This document shows, piece after piece, positions 1 to 9,789 of a stretch of DNA of 64,000 nt (position 1 is the stretch's first letter; the number at the start of each line of letters is the position of its first letter). The notes beneath the pieces were generated by a model. The model was given only the letters and a program-made list of their open reading frames with translations, had not been told where the DNA came from and did no database searches. This stretch comes from an uncultured Dehalococcoidia bacterium (GTDB lineage Bacteria > Chloroflexota > Dehalococcoidia > SZUA-161), in the NCBI GenBank assembly GCA_964453665.1, contig CAYVQT010000006.1, positions 1,976-65,975 of the forward strand, given 5' to 3'. A program made the translations under genes and the position numbers.

Positions 1-150
1 GTAACAGTTGTCATCGTACGGGGCGACCTGGTCGAGAGCCTCCCTGCGGAAAGCCACATTACCATTGGAGAAAAACGGGGAAAGCAACGTATATTTTTCT
101 CTTCTTAAATACCCTTCCTCAAAAAGATTGGACATTATCTGTATTATCAT
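1..150 (-). pseudogene. C-terminal half of a family-2 glycosyltransferase. It lies in a different frame from the N-terminal half (split or frameshifted gene) and runs off the window edge.
   Basis: Hand translation of the minus strand from the ATG at comp(148..150) gives MIIQIMSNLFEEGYLRREKYTLLSPFFSNGNVAFRREALDQVAPYDDNCY... The NxAFRRE..D segment is the part of GT2 enzymes that normally follows the DxD region. The ATG overlaps the TGA of ORF 147..596 (ATGA). This ORF is not in the supplied track. Confidence 0.5.
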
Positions 151-596
151 CGCTTACTATCCGCCCTCTGACCTGAAGTCATATTCTGAATGTAGAAAGC
201 CTCGAGCATATCATCTCCGATCTTAAAATAGGATATCTCTCCTCCCACCACCCCGACATGCGGGTCTTTAATAAAAGGAATCTCCAGTTGCCTCAGCCAG
301 TTTTCATCAGCTACACAATCATCGTCTATGAAGGCAATAATGTCACCCCCGGCGTTCTGAATCCCGGCGTTTCTGGCATGCGGTATACCTCTCTTTGCTT
401 CATAAACGTACTTAAGATTCAGGCTGTCAACGAAATTCAGGGCAATGTCTCTGGTGTGATCGCTGGACGCATTATCAACCACGACCACTTCATCAGGCTT
501 GCGGCTCTGCCTGGTCAGAGAGTCCAGGGTATCCCTCAGAGACTCCGCCCGGTTACGGGTGGCAATTACTACCGAGACAATAAAATTAGTTGCCAT
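147..596 (-). CDS. Family-2 (GT-A) glycosyltransferase, N-terminal half only (149 aa)
   Basis: It has VSVVIATRNRAESLRDTLDSLTRQ and VVVVDNASSD, with AFIDDDC as the DxD motif. It stops where GT2 proteins normally continue. Confidence 0.75.
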   Translation of the reverse strand: MATNFIVSVVIATRNRAESLRDTLDSLTRQSRKPDEVVVVDNASSDHTRDIALNFVDSLNLKYVYEAKRGIPHARNAGIQNAGGDIIAFIDDDCVADENWLRQLEIPFIKDPHVGVVGGEISYFKIGDDMLEAFYIQNMTSGQRADSKR

Positions 597-624
597 GATT
601 TTCCGACCAATCCCTCCAATAGAA

Positions 625-2319
625 TTACATATGCCTTAATAGATCGACCGATTTTGAGAAGAAACGATATGCCTCGCCCTCTTCACCCAGCAACTCCTTT
701 ATATATTCTCTATGCAGGTCATTTAACCAATCTGAATCACCGGGGGAGAACTCGACCAGTGCGTCAAAAATTTGCCTGCTCGTCAGTGGAATACGAATCT
801 CGCCGGATTCCAGAGAGCGGAACAGCAGCTTGGTCCTGGCTGCTCCCCAGAAGAAAGCGAGGAAGTCCAGAGTCCTCATCTTGTATACGTTTCTGCCTGA
901 TATCATGACGTCGATTTTAGCCGTTCTCTTTCTTATCGTTTCCTCAAAGGTATCCGGAGGTAGACAACAACGAATGGGAGTACCATTTTTTTTACGGGCA
1001 ATTTCGAGAGGACTCGATACCATTTCATCCAGCATAGCGAAAAACAACGGGTATTTCCCGGGGCTTTTAACCTTAATGGTGTTAGAGACGCTGTCCGCCT
1101 GCAGCGAAAATGCGATACCACCGTCGGCGACAATGAATGGCTCTATATTCCCGGGGCACAGGCTGCCGCCGAAAAACGAGCGAAAGCCCCTCAGCTTTTC
1201 GATCGGCACATAACCATCCTCTTTTAACACGAGATAGAATGAATCTATGTCAGAATTGGAAAGTACATCCAACTCGAACTCAACCTGCGGGATTAGAGCA
1301 ACAGAGTCCAGATATGGCTCTAACTCGGTTCTAATGATGGTCCCCACTTTGTCAAGTATACCATCGCGTTTAGTATCCGCTATCAGCTCACGACTGCCGG
1401 GGACTCTCGCTATTACCGCTTTGCCCTTCGACCCTGTGTATACCTTGCGCTCCATCTCCGAGTAACTCTTACCAACCATCGTCATAAACAACTTCATCAG
1501 TTCATCCGCTAACACATCCTCGTCTGAAGTTAAATGCCTCAAGAAGCTCTGCACTCTATCAACGTGACAACTTTGTTCATCAGGCAGATGGCTTTTAACC
1601 TGCGACAAAGCGGCATCTCTGCTCTGAGCATCCTCACCGTGGCAAACCAGCAGATAAACCCTGGCTGCCTCGGCAATAGCCTTATACCACAAATACCTTC
1701 TCCTGAATGGAGGACTATAAGTGCCAGATATAAACTCCTCGTTGAGCAGTGCCCACCATTTCCTCAATTCTTCGGTTGCCGGTAGATACAGCTCGGAAGC
1801 TTCGAGCTCCGGAAGCTCACTTACCAGATCCCTGCCGAACAGCAACTTCCACGTATGCTTGCCCTCATTGAACCTGTACCTGTGGAAATCATAGTCCTCA
1901 TACATATCGTAGAACTCTGAGAGGGAATATACCCCGAGTTCCGTGACGCTGCTTGGGAAAAGCGGGATAATACGTGAGAGCTTCTGATAAACTGCCCTGA
2001 CCGTATCTTTCGCTGCCTGCTCTTTCTCGCCCAGATCCGCGATGATTACCGACAGGTCTATGTCACTCAGCCCGTAAACAATCTCCCCCCGGGCGACACC
2101 GCGGCGCAGATAGACCGTTATCACTCCATCCACGCGTCTGAGCAACAGCGAGGCAACCAGGATAGACAGGTCATAGAACTTCCTGTAAAAACAGGTCAGG
2201 GGGAAGAAACTGGTGCCGAGAACTATGCGCTGGATTACGTCCTGGACGCTTGACTTCATGAGCGTATCGTCAGCAATCAGAGGCTGGCTTGCTACCAGAC
2301 AGTATGGTTCGATTAACAA
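625..2319 (-). CDS. Hypothetical 564-aa protein with an N-terminal Pol-beta-type nucleotidyltransferase motif
   Basis: GVARGEIVYGLSDIDLSVII fits the G[SG]-x(n)-D-x-D NTase signature. The rest has no motif I recognise. The start could be the internal MKSS. Confidence 0.45.
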   Translation of the reverse strand: MLIEPYCLVASQPLIADDTLMKSSVQDVIQRIVLGTSFFPLTCFYRKFYDLSILVASLLLRRVDGVITVYLRRGVARGEIVYGLSDIDLSVIIADLGEKEQAAKDTVRAVYQKLSRIIPLFPSSVTELGVYSLSEFYDMYEDYDFHRYRFNEGKHTWKLLFGRDLVSELPELEASELYLPATEELRKWWALLNEEFISGTYSPPFRRRYLWYKAIAEAARVYLLVCHGEDAQSRDAALSQVKSHLPDEQSCHVDRVQSFLRHLTSDEDVLADELMKLFMTMVGKSYSEMERKVYTGSKGKAVIARVPGSRELIADTKRDGILDKVGTIIRTELEPYLDSVALIPQVEFELDVLSNSDIDSFYLVLKEDGYVPIEKLRGFRSFFGGSLCPGNIEPFIVADGGIAFSLQADSVSNTIKVKSPGKYPLFFAMLDEMVSSPLEIARKKNGTPIRCCLPPDTFEETIRKRTAKIDVMISGRNVYKMRTLDFLAFFWGAARTKLLFRSLESGEIRIPLTSRQIFDALVEFSPGDSDWLNDLHREYIKELLGEEGEAYRFFSKSVDLLRHM

Positions 2320-2444
2320 CGTCTGTCAAGGAAACATGCCCCACTACTACATCCCTAACCATCCGGGGCGCTTACATAGGGGCACATTCATCCCCGAGAG
2401 ACCTTCACCATTTTTATCCGACTAGTAAAAAAGCGCAGTCCATA

Positions 2445-2473
2445 TTGCTACACGGCACACCAGATGTTAGAAT
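2445..2473 (+). promoter_or_regulatory. Candidate sigma-70-type promoter for the oligosaccharyltransferase gene
   Basis: TTGCTA (2445-2450), a 17-nt spacer, then TAGAAT (2468-2473). It lies about 100 nt upstream of the ATG at 2577. Confidence 0.45.
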
Positions 2474-2576
2474 CGAGAGGATTTAGCACGCCGGCTGTTC
2501 CCCGGTCTCTCAGCGATATGTAAAGCAAAGTCGAGTGCACGTACGGCGGCGGTAGAGCCTGGCGCAACAGCGAAAG

Positions 2577-4994
2577 ATGAGCAGACTCAGCATTAAGGCA
2601 AAGACATCGGCCAACAGCCTGTACGGACTCGCCCTGGCTCTCCTCATGGGCATCGCTTTCTTCCTGCGTGTTTACTTCCCCTATGATAACGTCTTCACCG
2701 GTGACTGGGTCAGGTTTAAGTGGTTCGATTCATGGTATCATATGCGGCTTGTAGAGAATCTTCTTCATCACTTCCCTCAGCGCATTTACTTCGATCCCTA
2801 TACCCGTTATCCCCAGGGGCAAGACGTATTCTTCGCGCCCTTTTATGACCTGCTCCTCGGCTTTTTCGCATGGGTTGTCGGAGCCGGTTCCCCATCCACG
2901 GGAACTATCGAGACGCTGGGAGCCTATTTCCCGGCAATATTGGGCACACTGGTCACCATACCGGTTTATTTCGTAGGAAAGGAGCTATTCAACAGAAAGG
3001 TAGGGCTGATCGCTGCAGCTTTAGTTATCATACTACCGGGCCAATTCCTGCTGCGCTCACTCCTCGGGTTCACTGATCACCATGTAGCCGAAACCCTGTT
3101 CAGTACACTGACCATGCTGTTCCTGATACTGGCAGTAAAAAGCTCGAAGCAGAAAGAGATCTCCTTCAACAGCCTTTTAACGAGAGACTGGGGAACATTA
3201 AAGAAACCTCTGTTCTACACAGTGCTGACAGGCATATCGCTGGGGCTCTACCTCCTTTCCTGGGTGGGCGGCTTCATTGTTGTATTCGCAATACTACTCT
3301 ATGCTTTCATTCAGTACATGGTCGATCACGCCAGAGGTAGATCAACCGATTACTTATGCATCATCGGCGTGCCCGTCTTCCTCATAACTCTATTGTTTGT
3401 CCTGCCCTTCCTGGGACAATACGGAATGGGTGAAACCCAGATAGCATTCCTGATCATCAGCATGCTGGTGGTTATTGCCCTTAGCGCCTTTTCCCGCCTG
3501 TTCGCCAGGTGGGGTATAAAACGAGCCTACTATCCCGTGGCGCAAATACTTCTGGCAGTCATCGCCTACGGGGTCTTGTACCTTGCGACGCCTTCGCTGC
3601 ACAACATGGTACTGGGCCTGCTCGACTGGCTCAATCCAACCGGATGGCAGCGCACAATCGGTGAGATGATGCCGCTCTCACTATCAATGGTATGGGATGA
3701 ATTCACTACGAGTTTTTACATTGCGCTAATATCACTTGCGGTAATAGCCTACCTGGTCATTAGAGACGGCGCTTCCGATAAAACGCTGCTGCTGGCATGG
3801 AGCATTACCATGCTGGCAGCTACACTGGGGCAGAACCGCTTTGCATACTATTTCGCAGTAAACGCTTCGCTCCTTACCGCCTACCTGGCATGGACAGCTT
3901 TCACGCTTGTTGGCGCCAAGGTGACCTCTGAAATGAGTAGAGGGGAAAACATCGCCGGGAGTGAGAAAGCGGTAACGGGTAAGGACAAATCAAGTAAAAA
4001 GGCAAAGCGTAAAATTGCCAAAGACCCAAGAATGAGACCGGGAACGCTGGTAACAAGATACCCCTTGAGCAGGTATGTCTACAGCGCCGCGGTGGCAATT
4101 GCCATATTCTTTCTGGTGTTCTACCCCAATATCGGGATGGCGATTGACATCGCAAGACAACCCAGCCACCCCAGGCAGGACTGGTACGATGCACTGACCT
4201 GGATGAGAGAGAATACCCCGGACCCCTTCCAGGATGCCGATTTTTACTATGAGCTATACGAAAGGCCACCCGGCGAAGAGGACTACAACTATCCGGAATC
4301 GGCATACGGGGTTATGAGCTGGTGTAACTACGGCCACTGGATTACCTATATCGCTCACCGCATACCAAACGCCAATCCCCACCAGCAAGGCGCGGTGGAG
4401 GCCGCCCATTTTTTCACAACAAATGACATATCCCAGGCAAGTGAACTGCTCGACGAGCTGGGCTCAAGGTACATAATAATAGATATACTCATTGCCCTAC
4501 ATGAGATGCCTACGGAACCCGTCACTTACGGCACTTTCCACGGTGTGATAGAGTGGGCCCGCAGAGACATAAATGACTTCTTTGAGGTGTACTATCAGGA
4601 GACCGAACCGGGGAGCTATAGTTCCATAATGCTGTACTATCCCGAATACTATCAATCTATGAGTTCCAGGCTGTTCAATTTTGAAGCGGAGCAATGGGAC
4701 CCGCAAGAAACCCTCGTCATATCATGGGCTGAGGAAGATTTAACAGGCAGTAAGGGGAACAAGTTCAGGGCAAAGGTTATCACCGACCGCAGGCTGTTTT
4801 ACGACTACAATGACGCTAAAGCATTTATTGATAATAATCCGGGCTACCTGATAGTGGGCGTAAACCAGTTCGTCAGCCCCGTACCTCTCGAGGAAATAGA
4901 GCATTACGAGATGGTTTATGAGACGCCAACAAAGGCAGAGGTCTGGGGAGGTGAAACCGTCTCCACTGTCAGGATATTCGAATATATACCTTAG
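2577..4994 (+). CDS. STT3/AglB/PglB-family oligosaccharyltransferase (archaeal AglB-like), 805 aa
   Basis: There is a multi-TM N-terminal region. Motifs present are FDSWYHMR (first acidic loop), FTDHHVAE (second DxH motif), TIGE (TIXE motif, 3654-3665) and SWCNYGHW in place of WWDYG (4320-4334). A soluble C-terminal domain follows. Confidence 0.85.
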   Translation: MSRLSIKAKTSANSLYGLALALLMGIAFFLRVYFPYDNVFTGDWVRFKWFDSWYHMRLVENLLHHFPQRIYFDPYTRYPQGQDVFFAPFYDLLLGFFAWVVGAGSPSTGTIETLGAYFPAILGTLVTIPVYFVGKELFNRKVGLIAAALVIILPGQFLLRSLLGFTDHHVAETLFSTLTMLFLILAVKSSKQKEISFNSLLTRDWGTLKKPLFYTVLTGISLGLYLLSWVGGFIVVFAILLYAFIQYMVDHARGRSTDYLCIIGVPVFLITLLFVLPFLGQYGMGETQIAFLIISMLVVIALSAFSRLFARWGIKRAYYPVAQILLAVIAYGVLYLATPSLHNMVLGLLDWLNPTGWQRTIGEMMPLSLSMVWDEFTTSFYIALISLAVIAYLVIRDGASDKTLLLAWSITMLAATLGQNRFAYYFAVNASLLTAYLAWTAFTLVGAKVTSEMSRGENIAGSEKAVTGKDKSSKKAKRKIAKDPRMRPGTLVTRYPLSRYVYSAAVAIAIFFLVFYPNIGMAIDIARQPSHPRQDWYDALTWMRENTPDPFQDADFYYELYERPPGEEDYNYPESAYGVMSWCNYGHWITYIAHRIPNANPHQQGAVEAAHFFTTNDISQASELLDELGSRYIIIDILIALHEMPTEPVTYGTFHGVIEWARRDINDFFEVYYQETEPGSYSSIMLYYPEYYQSMSSRLFNFEAEQWDPQETLVISWAEEDLTGSKGNKFRAKVITDRRLFYDYNDAKAFIDNNPGYLIVGVNQFVSPVPLEEIEHYEMVYETPTKAEVWGGETVSTVRIFEYIP

Positions 4995-4999
4995 CAGCT

Positions 5000-5031
5000 C
5001 CGCCTCTACTACTGAACATGGATAGAGGCGG
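5000..5031 (+). terminator. Hairpin just after the OST stop codon (weak terminator candidate)
   Basis: CCGCCTCTA (5000-5008) pairs with TAGAGGCGG (5023-5031), giving a 9-bp stem. There is no clear T-tract afterwards. Confidence 0.3.
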
Positions 5032-5087
5032 CAACCCGTTTACAACTCTAACCCTTTTACACATCGAATCTTCCATAAGGAACAACT

Positions 5088-6368
5088 TTGAACATTACAC
5101 AGCTAAGGCGCCAGATTCAGGACCCTTTATACCGTAATTCTCTACTCCTTATGGTCAATACCGCCGTGACTACCGGAATGGGCTTTATATTCTGGATGGT
5201 AGTTGCGAGGTATTACACAGAGTATGAAGTGGGCCTGGCGGCTGCAATCATATCAGCCATCAGCCTGCTAGCTCTGATTAGCAGCCTCGGTCTGGATGTT
5301 GCTCTAATCCGCTTCCTCTCCAAAGCCAGGGAACCCGTGAAGATGATCAACTCCTGCTTCACCATAAGCGGAATCGTAGCCCTCGCAGTAGCAGGCATCT
5401 TCCTCGCTGGCCTGGACCTGTGGTCTCCGGCCACCGAATTCGTAAGGGGTAATATCAGGTTCCTTTTGGCCTTCATTCTCTTCGTTGTCTGCTGGCCCCT
5501 GTCGGGGCTCATGGCGTCCGTATTCGTAGCAGGGCGAAGAGCCGAATTTGTTCTGGTTAAAAGCACCATCTTTTCGCTGCTTAAAATCCCTCTCCCGATC
5601 CTCCTGGCCTATTACTTTCATGCCTTTGGCATCGTGGGCTCGTGGGGCGTCGCCGCAGTTGCAGCCTTCATCATTTCCCTTTTCCTCTTTATACCACGTA
5701 TTCAAAAATCATACAGGCCAGTGCCCAGGCTTGACTTGAGCATAATTCGGGACATCTGGAAATACTCCGCAGGCAACTACTTTGTCTCCATTTTCGCGGC
5801 AGCACCCTACTTCCTCTTGCCGATCATAGTAGTAAACCTTATCAGTGCGGAGCAGAACGCCTACTTCTATGTAGCGTGGATGATGGCCGGGCTGGTCTAT
5901 GCTATACCCGTAGCTGTTTCCGCATCTTTGTTCGCCGAGGGCTCGCATGCTGAAGAAGCACTGGTCGCTAATGCACGCAGGTCTTTCCGCTTCATCATCC
6001 TGTTGCTGGTGCCAGCCATCATTCTTCTGGTCGCCCTGGGTAAATGGCTCCTGTTACTGTTCGGTGAGAACTACTCGTCTAATGGCCTGACATTATTATG
6101 GATTCTAGGCGCTTCGGGCCTATTCATAGCGGTAAACGACGTTTACTATAGCATCCTGCGCGTGCGGGGCAGAATCCGGGAACTCTTTTTTATCCGAGCA
6201 CTGATATCCATTGCCGTGGTTGTTGCAGGCAGCCTCATTGCGCCAAAGATAGGAATTGTGGGCATTGGCTACGCCTGGATCTCGGCACAGGCGGTCGCCA
6301 GCATCTACGTCCTGCTAAGAGTGAGGGTGCGCTACCGCGCAATGAAGGCTCAGCGTATTGATAGTTGA
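5088..6368 (+). CDS. Wzx-like oligosaccharide/polysaccharide flippase (MOP superfamily)
   Basis: It is 426 aa and highly hydrophobic with about 12 predicted TM stretches. The N-terminus (RNSLLLMVNTAVTTGMGFIFWMVVAR) is typical of polysaccharide-biosynthesis flippases. Its context also fits. Confidence 0.75.
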   Translation: MNITQLRRQIQDPLYRNSLLLMVNTAVTTGMGFIFWMVVARYYTEYEVGLAAAIISAISLLALISSLGLDVALIRFLSKAREPVKMINSCFTISGIVALAVAGIFLAGLDLWSPATEFVRGNIRFLLAFILFVVCWPLSGLMASVFVAGRRAEFVLVKSTIFSLLKIPLPILLAYYFHAFGIVGSWGVAAVAAFIISLFLFIPRIQKSYRPVPRLDLSIIRDIWKYSAGNYFVSIFAAAPYFLLPIIVVNLISAEQNAYFYVAWMMAGLVYAIPVAVSASLFAEGSHAEEALVANARRSFRFIILLLVPAIILLVALGKWLLLLFGENYSSNGLTLLWILGASGLFIAVNDVYYSILRVRGRIRELFFIRALISIAVVVAGSLIAPKIGIVGIGYAWISAQAVASIYVLLRVRVRYRAMKAQRIDS

Positions 6369-6514
6369 CGTTATCGCGAATACAGTCAACCAAGTCACCG
6401 TAGTTACCCTGTCCCGTCTATGGTTCCAGGCATCGGTATCAATATCGCGATACTCTGCAAGTTACCCATGCCATACTCCTGTCCTCAGCCGCTAAGATGT
6501 CCGTCCACAAGTGG

Positions 6515-7720
6515 TTACTGCTCTGTCTTACTCAACGCTTTGTTGTAGACCTCTACAACCCTGTCAACCCATTCAGGTATGGAGAATTCGGCTTCCACGA
6601 GTTCACGGTTAGTCTTTGCCGCCAGTTTCTTATCATCATCACTCAGCGACAGCAGCCTTATAACGGCTTCAGCAAGTCCGCCAATATCACCGGGAGGCAC
6701 CATGATACCGCCTGTGCCATCGAGCCCCAGTTCAGGGGCCAGCCCCGTGGCTGTCGCGACAACGGGCCTGCCACAGGCCATTCCCTCCAGAACGACCAGC
6801 CCAAATGACTCGTGAAGCGAGGGTATCACCAGCAGGTCACATGCCGAGTACAGCTTGATAAGCTCATCCTCCGGTAAAAAATCGATGAACATCATATGGT
6901 CTCCGAAACCATCATCTTCCGCTTGCTTACGTATATGAGCCTTCACAGAGCCGTTAAAAGGAGCGCTGTTCGTATCCCGACCCACCAGGACAAACCTGGT
7001 CGCAGGAATAGTTCTAATAATCCCGGGGATGGCCCGGCAAAGTATGTGAACGCCCTTTCTCGCCTCCAGCCTGCCCACGAATAAAACCAGCGGAGTGTTC
7101 CGGGGTATTTCAAGCCTCTCCCTTATATCAGATTCAACGTAGCTGTATTTCGCAGCATCCACAGAGTGGTGAACAACTTCAATTTTTTCAGGGTCGATAC
7201 GCAGCTTTTCAATCAACGGCGCACACTGTCCCTTTGTGGTCGCCACTACACGGTCTGCCCGTCTGGCGCTGAAATCCTCCAGGAAAGAGAGGATTTTGAG
7301 ACTCACCTGCTCCTTTATCCCGGAGTATGTTCCCGTCCTTAAAACGTCTGACGCCGATGAAGCGACCCTGACCGCTAATGGTGTGCGTCTACTTAAACCA
7401 TAGAGAAGGGCTTCAGCCCCCCAGTAGGCTGCTTCCACTATCTCTATGTCATACCGCTTGATGATTTCCCGCAGCTTGAGCCAGGCATGGAAGCTATAGT
7501 TAATTCGCGCCACGGCGCTATAACGCTTCGGGTTCGTTCCCACCCTGTGAACCAGGACTCCGTTATCTATCAAGTCTCCAGGAGTATCTACCGCCTGGCA
7601 GACTACATGAACCTCGTGACCCCGCCGGGCTAAGGCAGAGGCCAGGCTATAGTACATTGCCGCAATCCCGCCCCATGCCGTATCGGGGGGGTACTCCCGT
7701 GAAAGAAAAGCCACTCTCAC
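6515..7720 (-). CDS. GT4-family (GT-B) glycosyltransferase
   Basis: MRVAFLSREYPPDTAWGGIAAMYYSLASALARRGHEVHVV is present, with the C-terminal ESFGLVVLEGMACGRPVVAT motif (E-x7-E region). Confidence 0.85.
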   Translation of the reverse strand: MRVAFLSREYPPDTAWGGIAAMYYSLASALARRGHEVHVVCQAVDTPGDLIDNGVLVHRVGTNPKRYSAVARINYSFHAWLKLREIIKRYDIEIVEAAYWGAEALLYGLSRRTPLAVRVASSASDVLRTGTYSGIKEQVSLKILSFLEDFSARRADRVVATTKGQCAPLIEKLRIDPEKIEVVHHSVDAAKYSYVESDIRERLEIPRNTPLVLFVGRLEARKGVHILCRAIPGIIRTIPATRFVLVGRDTNSAPFNGSVKAHIRKQAEDDGFGDHMMFIDFLPEDELIKLYSACDLLVIPSLHESFGLVVLEGMACGRPVVATATGLAPELGLDGTGGIMVPPGDIGGLAEAVIRLLSLSDDDKKLAAKTNRELVEAEFSIPEWVDRVVEVYNKALSKTEQ

Positions 7721-7789
7721 TATATCAACTCGTTATCGATTCGAAAAACGAACCGGCTAACAAGGCTGTGATTATCCCTTTTCTTTTCA

Positions 7790-8809
7790 TCAACAACCTG
7801 CCACTTCCTCAATAAGCCCTATCCAGTCCGACTCAAATCTTTCCACCGTGAAATCTTTAGCAAACTCATACCCCCTCTCACCCAGTTCGGGATGCTCCAG
7901 CGCGTATTCAACACATTTCCTCAACTCACCGAAACCCGGACAAACAATCTGCCGGCCACCATCAAGAAGTTCCTTCATTCCGCACACCCCAGAACCAACT
8001 ACCGTAGTCTTGCAAAGCATAGCTTCGTGGGCAGTCCTGCTCCAGCCTTCCTTGAGCTTCGACATCGTGACAACAACCGAAGACGCCTTAAGAAGTCTCT
8101 GATAATCGCGGTAATCAAGGCTTAAATTCATCGCCGGTATATTCACTTTCTTATCACCGCTGGTCACGAGATTCAGGTCCATGCCCTTCAGATGCTTATA
8201 TGCTTCGACAACACCCTTACCTCTTTGACAATTCCCAATATATACAATGGGCTTCCCTGCGAGGCCATATTTACGAACAAAATCCGCGATTTCCTGTTCC
8301 GTGAATGTGAAGCTGGCTACATCAAAGGGATTGTAGATAACCCTTACATCGGGATGGCCCTTCGCTTCAAAGTGCGCTTTCCAATACTTCGACACTGTGA
8401 CTACCGCATCGACCCTATTAAGGTTACGATAGAAAAGCCTCTCCAGTAAGTAACCCTTCCCAAGCAGGAGCGTACTAAGTACAGGCTCGTATGTATCTCT
8501 AGTATCAATGTGATGTATTAGCAGGATGTTCTTGCCAACCGTCCTATCTAACGGCAGGGTTATCGTGGATAGAAACCCTCTAATCCATATGTCGTTAACA
8601 CCCCTGAGCCCGAAGAGTCTGCAAGCCAGCCTCGTGCGTTGAAACAGCCAGTTTCCTTTGCCCAGAAGTATCCCCAACGGTTCAACGTTAAATCTCTTGC
8701 CCAGCGCCTCTAAAAGGAATCTCCGGTAGAGGTCGCCACCGCTTTCTACTCTCCACGGGGAACCTCTCGGACATTCAACGTCGGCAATATTCAACGCGGG
8801 GTTTACCAT
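7790..8809 (-). CDS. GT-B fold glycosyltransferase (GT1/GT4-like)
   Basis: The C-terminal EGWSRTAHEAMLCKTTVVGSGVCGMKELL resembles the nucleotide-sugar-binding segment of GT4 enzymes. Confidence 0.7.
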   Translation of the reverse strand: MVNPALNIADVECPRGSPWRVESGGDLYRRFLLEALGKRFNVEPLGILLGKGNWLFQRTRLACRLFGLRGVNDIWIRGFLSTITLPLDRTVGKNILLIHHIDTRDTYEPVLSTLLLGKGYLLERLFYRNLNRVDAVVTVSKYWKAHFEAKGHPDVRVIYNPFDVASFTFTEQEIADFVRKYGLAGKPIVYIGNCQRGKGVVEAYKHLKGMDLNLVTSGDKKVNIPAMNLSLDYRDYQRLLKASSVVVTMSKLKEGWSRTAHEAMLCKTTVVGSGVCGMKELLDGGRQIVCPGFGELRKCVEYALEHPELGERGYEFAKDFTVERFESDWIGLIEEVAGC

Positions 8810-8823
8810 GATGCAACCAGTGG

Positions 8824-9771
8824 TTATAGCGGTCTTTTACGACCCGCAACGCGCTCTCCAGCATACCCACAAACAAACCCAAGGCCTACGCTCACAATGG
8901 AAGCGACAAGGACCGCAAGTTTCTTCAGTTCCTCTACGCGATAGAGGCGCTTCATCCTAAGTGGGATGTACTTCACGAGCAGTATCCTGAGATAAGACTT
9001 CTCCGTAGCCATCGAGTCAGCCGAGACATTCAGCTTGCTCAGCAAAGCCTTTGAGTACCCCTGATAGAAAGACCTCCCTAAAAGAACCCTGATACCTAAT
9101 TTCGATTTCGGGACTCTGTGATAGACAATGGCATGCGGATTATATATGACACCTTTGCCTAGAGTCCGCTTCATCTTCAAGGCCAACTCCGGTTCCTCGG
9201 CCTGTATATAGGAGGCTCCCCTTCTGGCAAAGCCGAGGCTTTCGTTGAATCCGCCCACCTTATCGAAAACCTCCCTTTTAAAACTCATGTTCGGCCCAAA
9301 TGTGTTGCGTACTTCGACGACTTCCTCCCCGGCGAAGCCATCATGGGTTACGCCAACCAGCCAGTACAGCTCCTCCGGCAAATAGTCCGGTTTCTTATCA
9401 AGCCAGACGGGCAAGACCTTCCCTCCAACTGCAACAGCGTCGTAATCCAGGTAGGTACTCAGGAGGTTCTCAATCCAATGTCTCTCCGCGACAGCATCAT
9501 CGTCCATGAAAGCGATAATTTCGCCCCGTGCAATCCCGACACCGGCATTCCTCGCTGCAGAAACACCTGCGTTATCCTTCAAGAGTACAGTCCTCACGGT
9601 TTCCCGGCCGCCGTAATCCGACGTAACTTTACTGTAGAATTCCTTGTTGCCATCAATAGCTATGATAACCTCTAATTCTCGATGGGTTTGCTCCAGCAGG
9701 CTATTCACAGCCCCGACGAGGTTCTGATAGTTTTCGGGGCTATGGGCGCATATGACAGTGGATACCAACAT
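8824..9771 (-). CDS. Family-2 glycosyltransferase with a C-terminal membrane anchor
   Basis: VSTVICAHSPENYQNLVGAVNSLLEQT, AFMDDD (DxD) and NMSFKREVFDKVGGFNE are present, followed by a hydrophobic tail. Confidence 0.85.
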   Translation of the reverse strand: MLVSTVICAHSPENYQNLVGAVNSLLEQTHRELEVIIAIDGNKEFYSKVTSDYGGRETVRTVLLKDNAGVSAARNAGVGIARGEIIAFMDDDAVAERHWIENLLSTYLDYDAVAVGGKVLPVWLDKKPDYLPEELYWLVGVTHDGFAGEEVVEVRNTFGPNMSFKREVFDKVGGFNESLGFARRGASYIQAEEPELALKMKRTLGKGVIYNPHAIVYHRVPKSKLGIRVLLGRSFYQGYSKALLSKLNVSADSMATEKSYLRILLVKYIPLRMKRLYRVEELKKLAVLVASIVSVGLGFVCGYAGERVAGRKRPL

Positions 9772-9789
9772 GATTATGTCAAGATTTCG

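Noticed and set aside
14-36. The REP-like string GTACGGGGCGACCtGGTCG near the left edge
   Set aside because: It lies inside the GT2 C-terminal coding frame (it encodes ...DQVAPYD...). It lacks the GTAG cap and a full stem, so it is probably a chance resemblance.
8-226. 72-aa + strand ORF at the window start
   Set aside because: It is antisense to the GT2 fragments and has a low-complexity, implausible sequence. The opposite strand has clear family motifs.
2320-2444. Degenerate REP-like strings (CATGCCCCACTAC ... ATAGGGGCAC) in the divergent promoter region upstream of the OST gene
   Set aside because: The arms are about 45 nt apart, the pairing is only 6 bp and there is no GTAG cap. This is not convincing without genome-wide copies.
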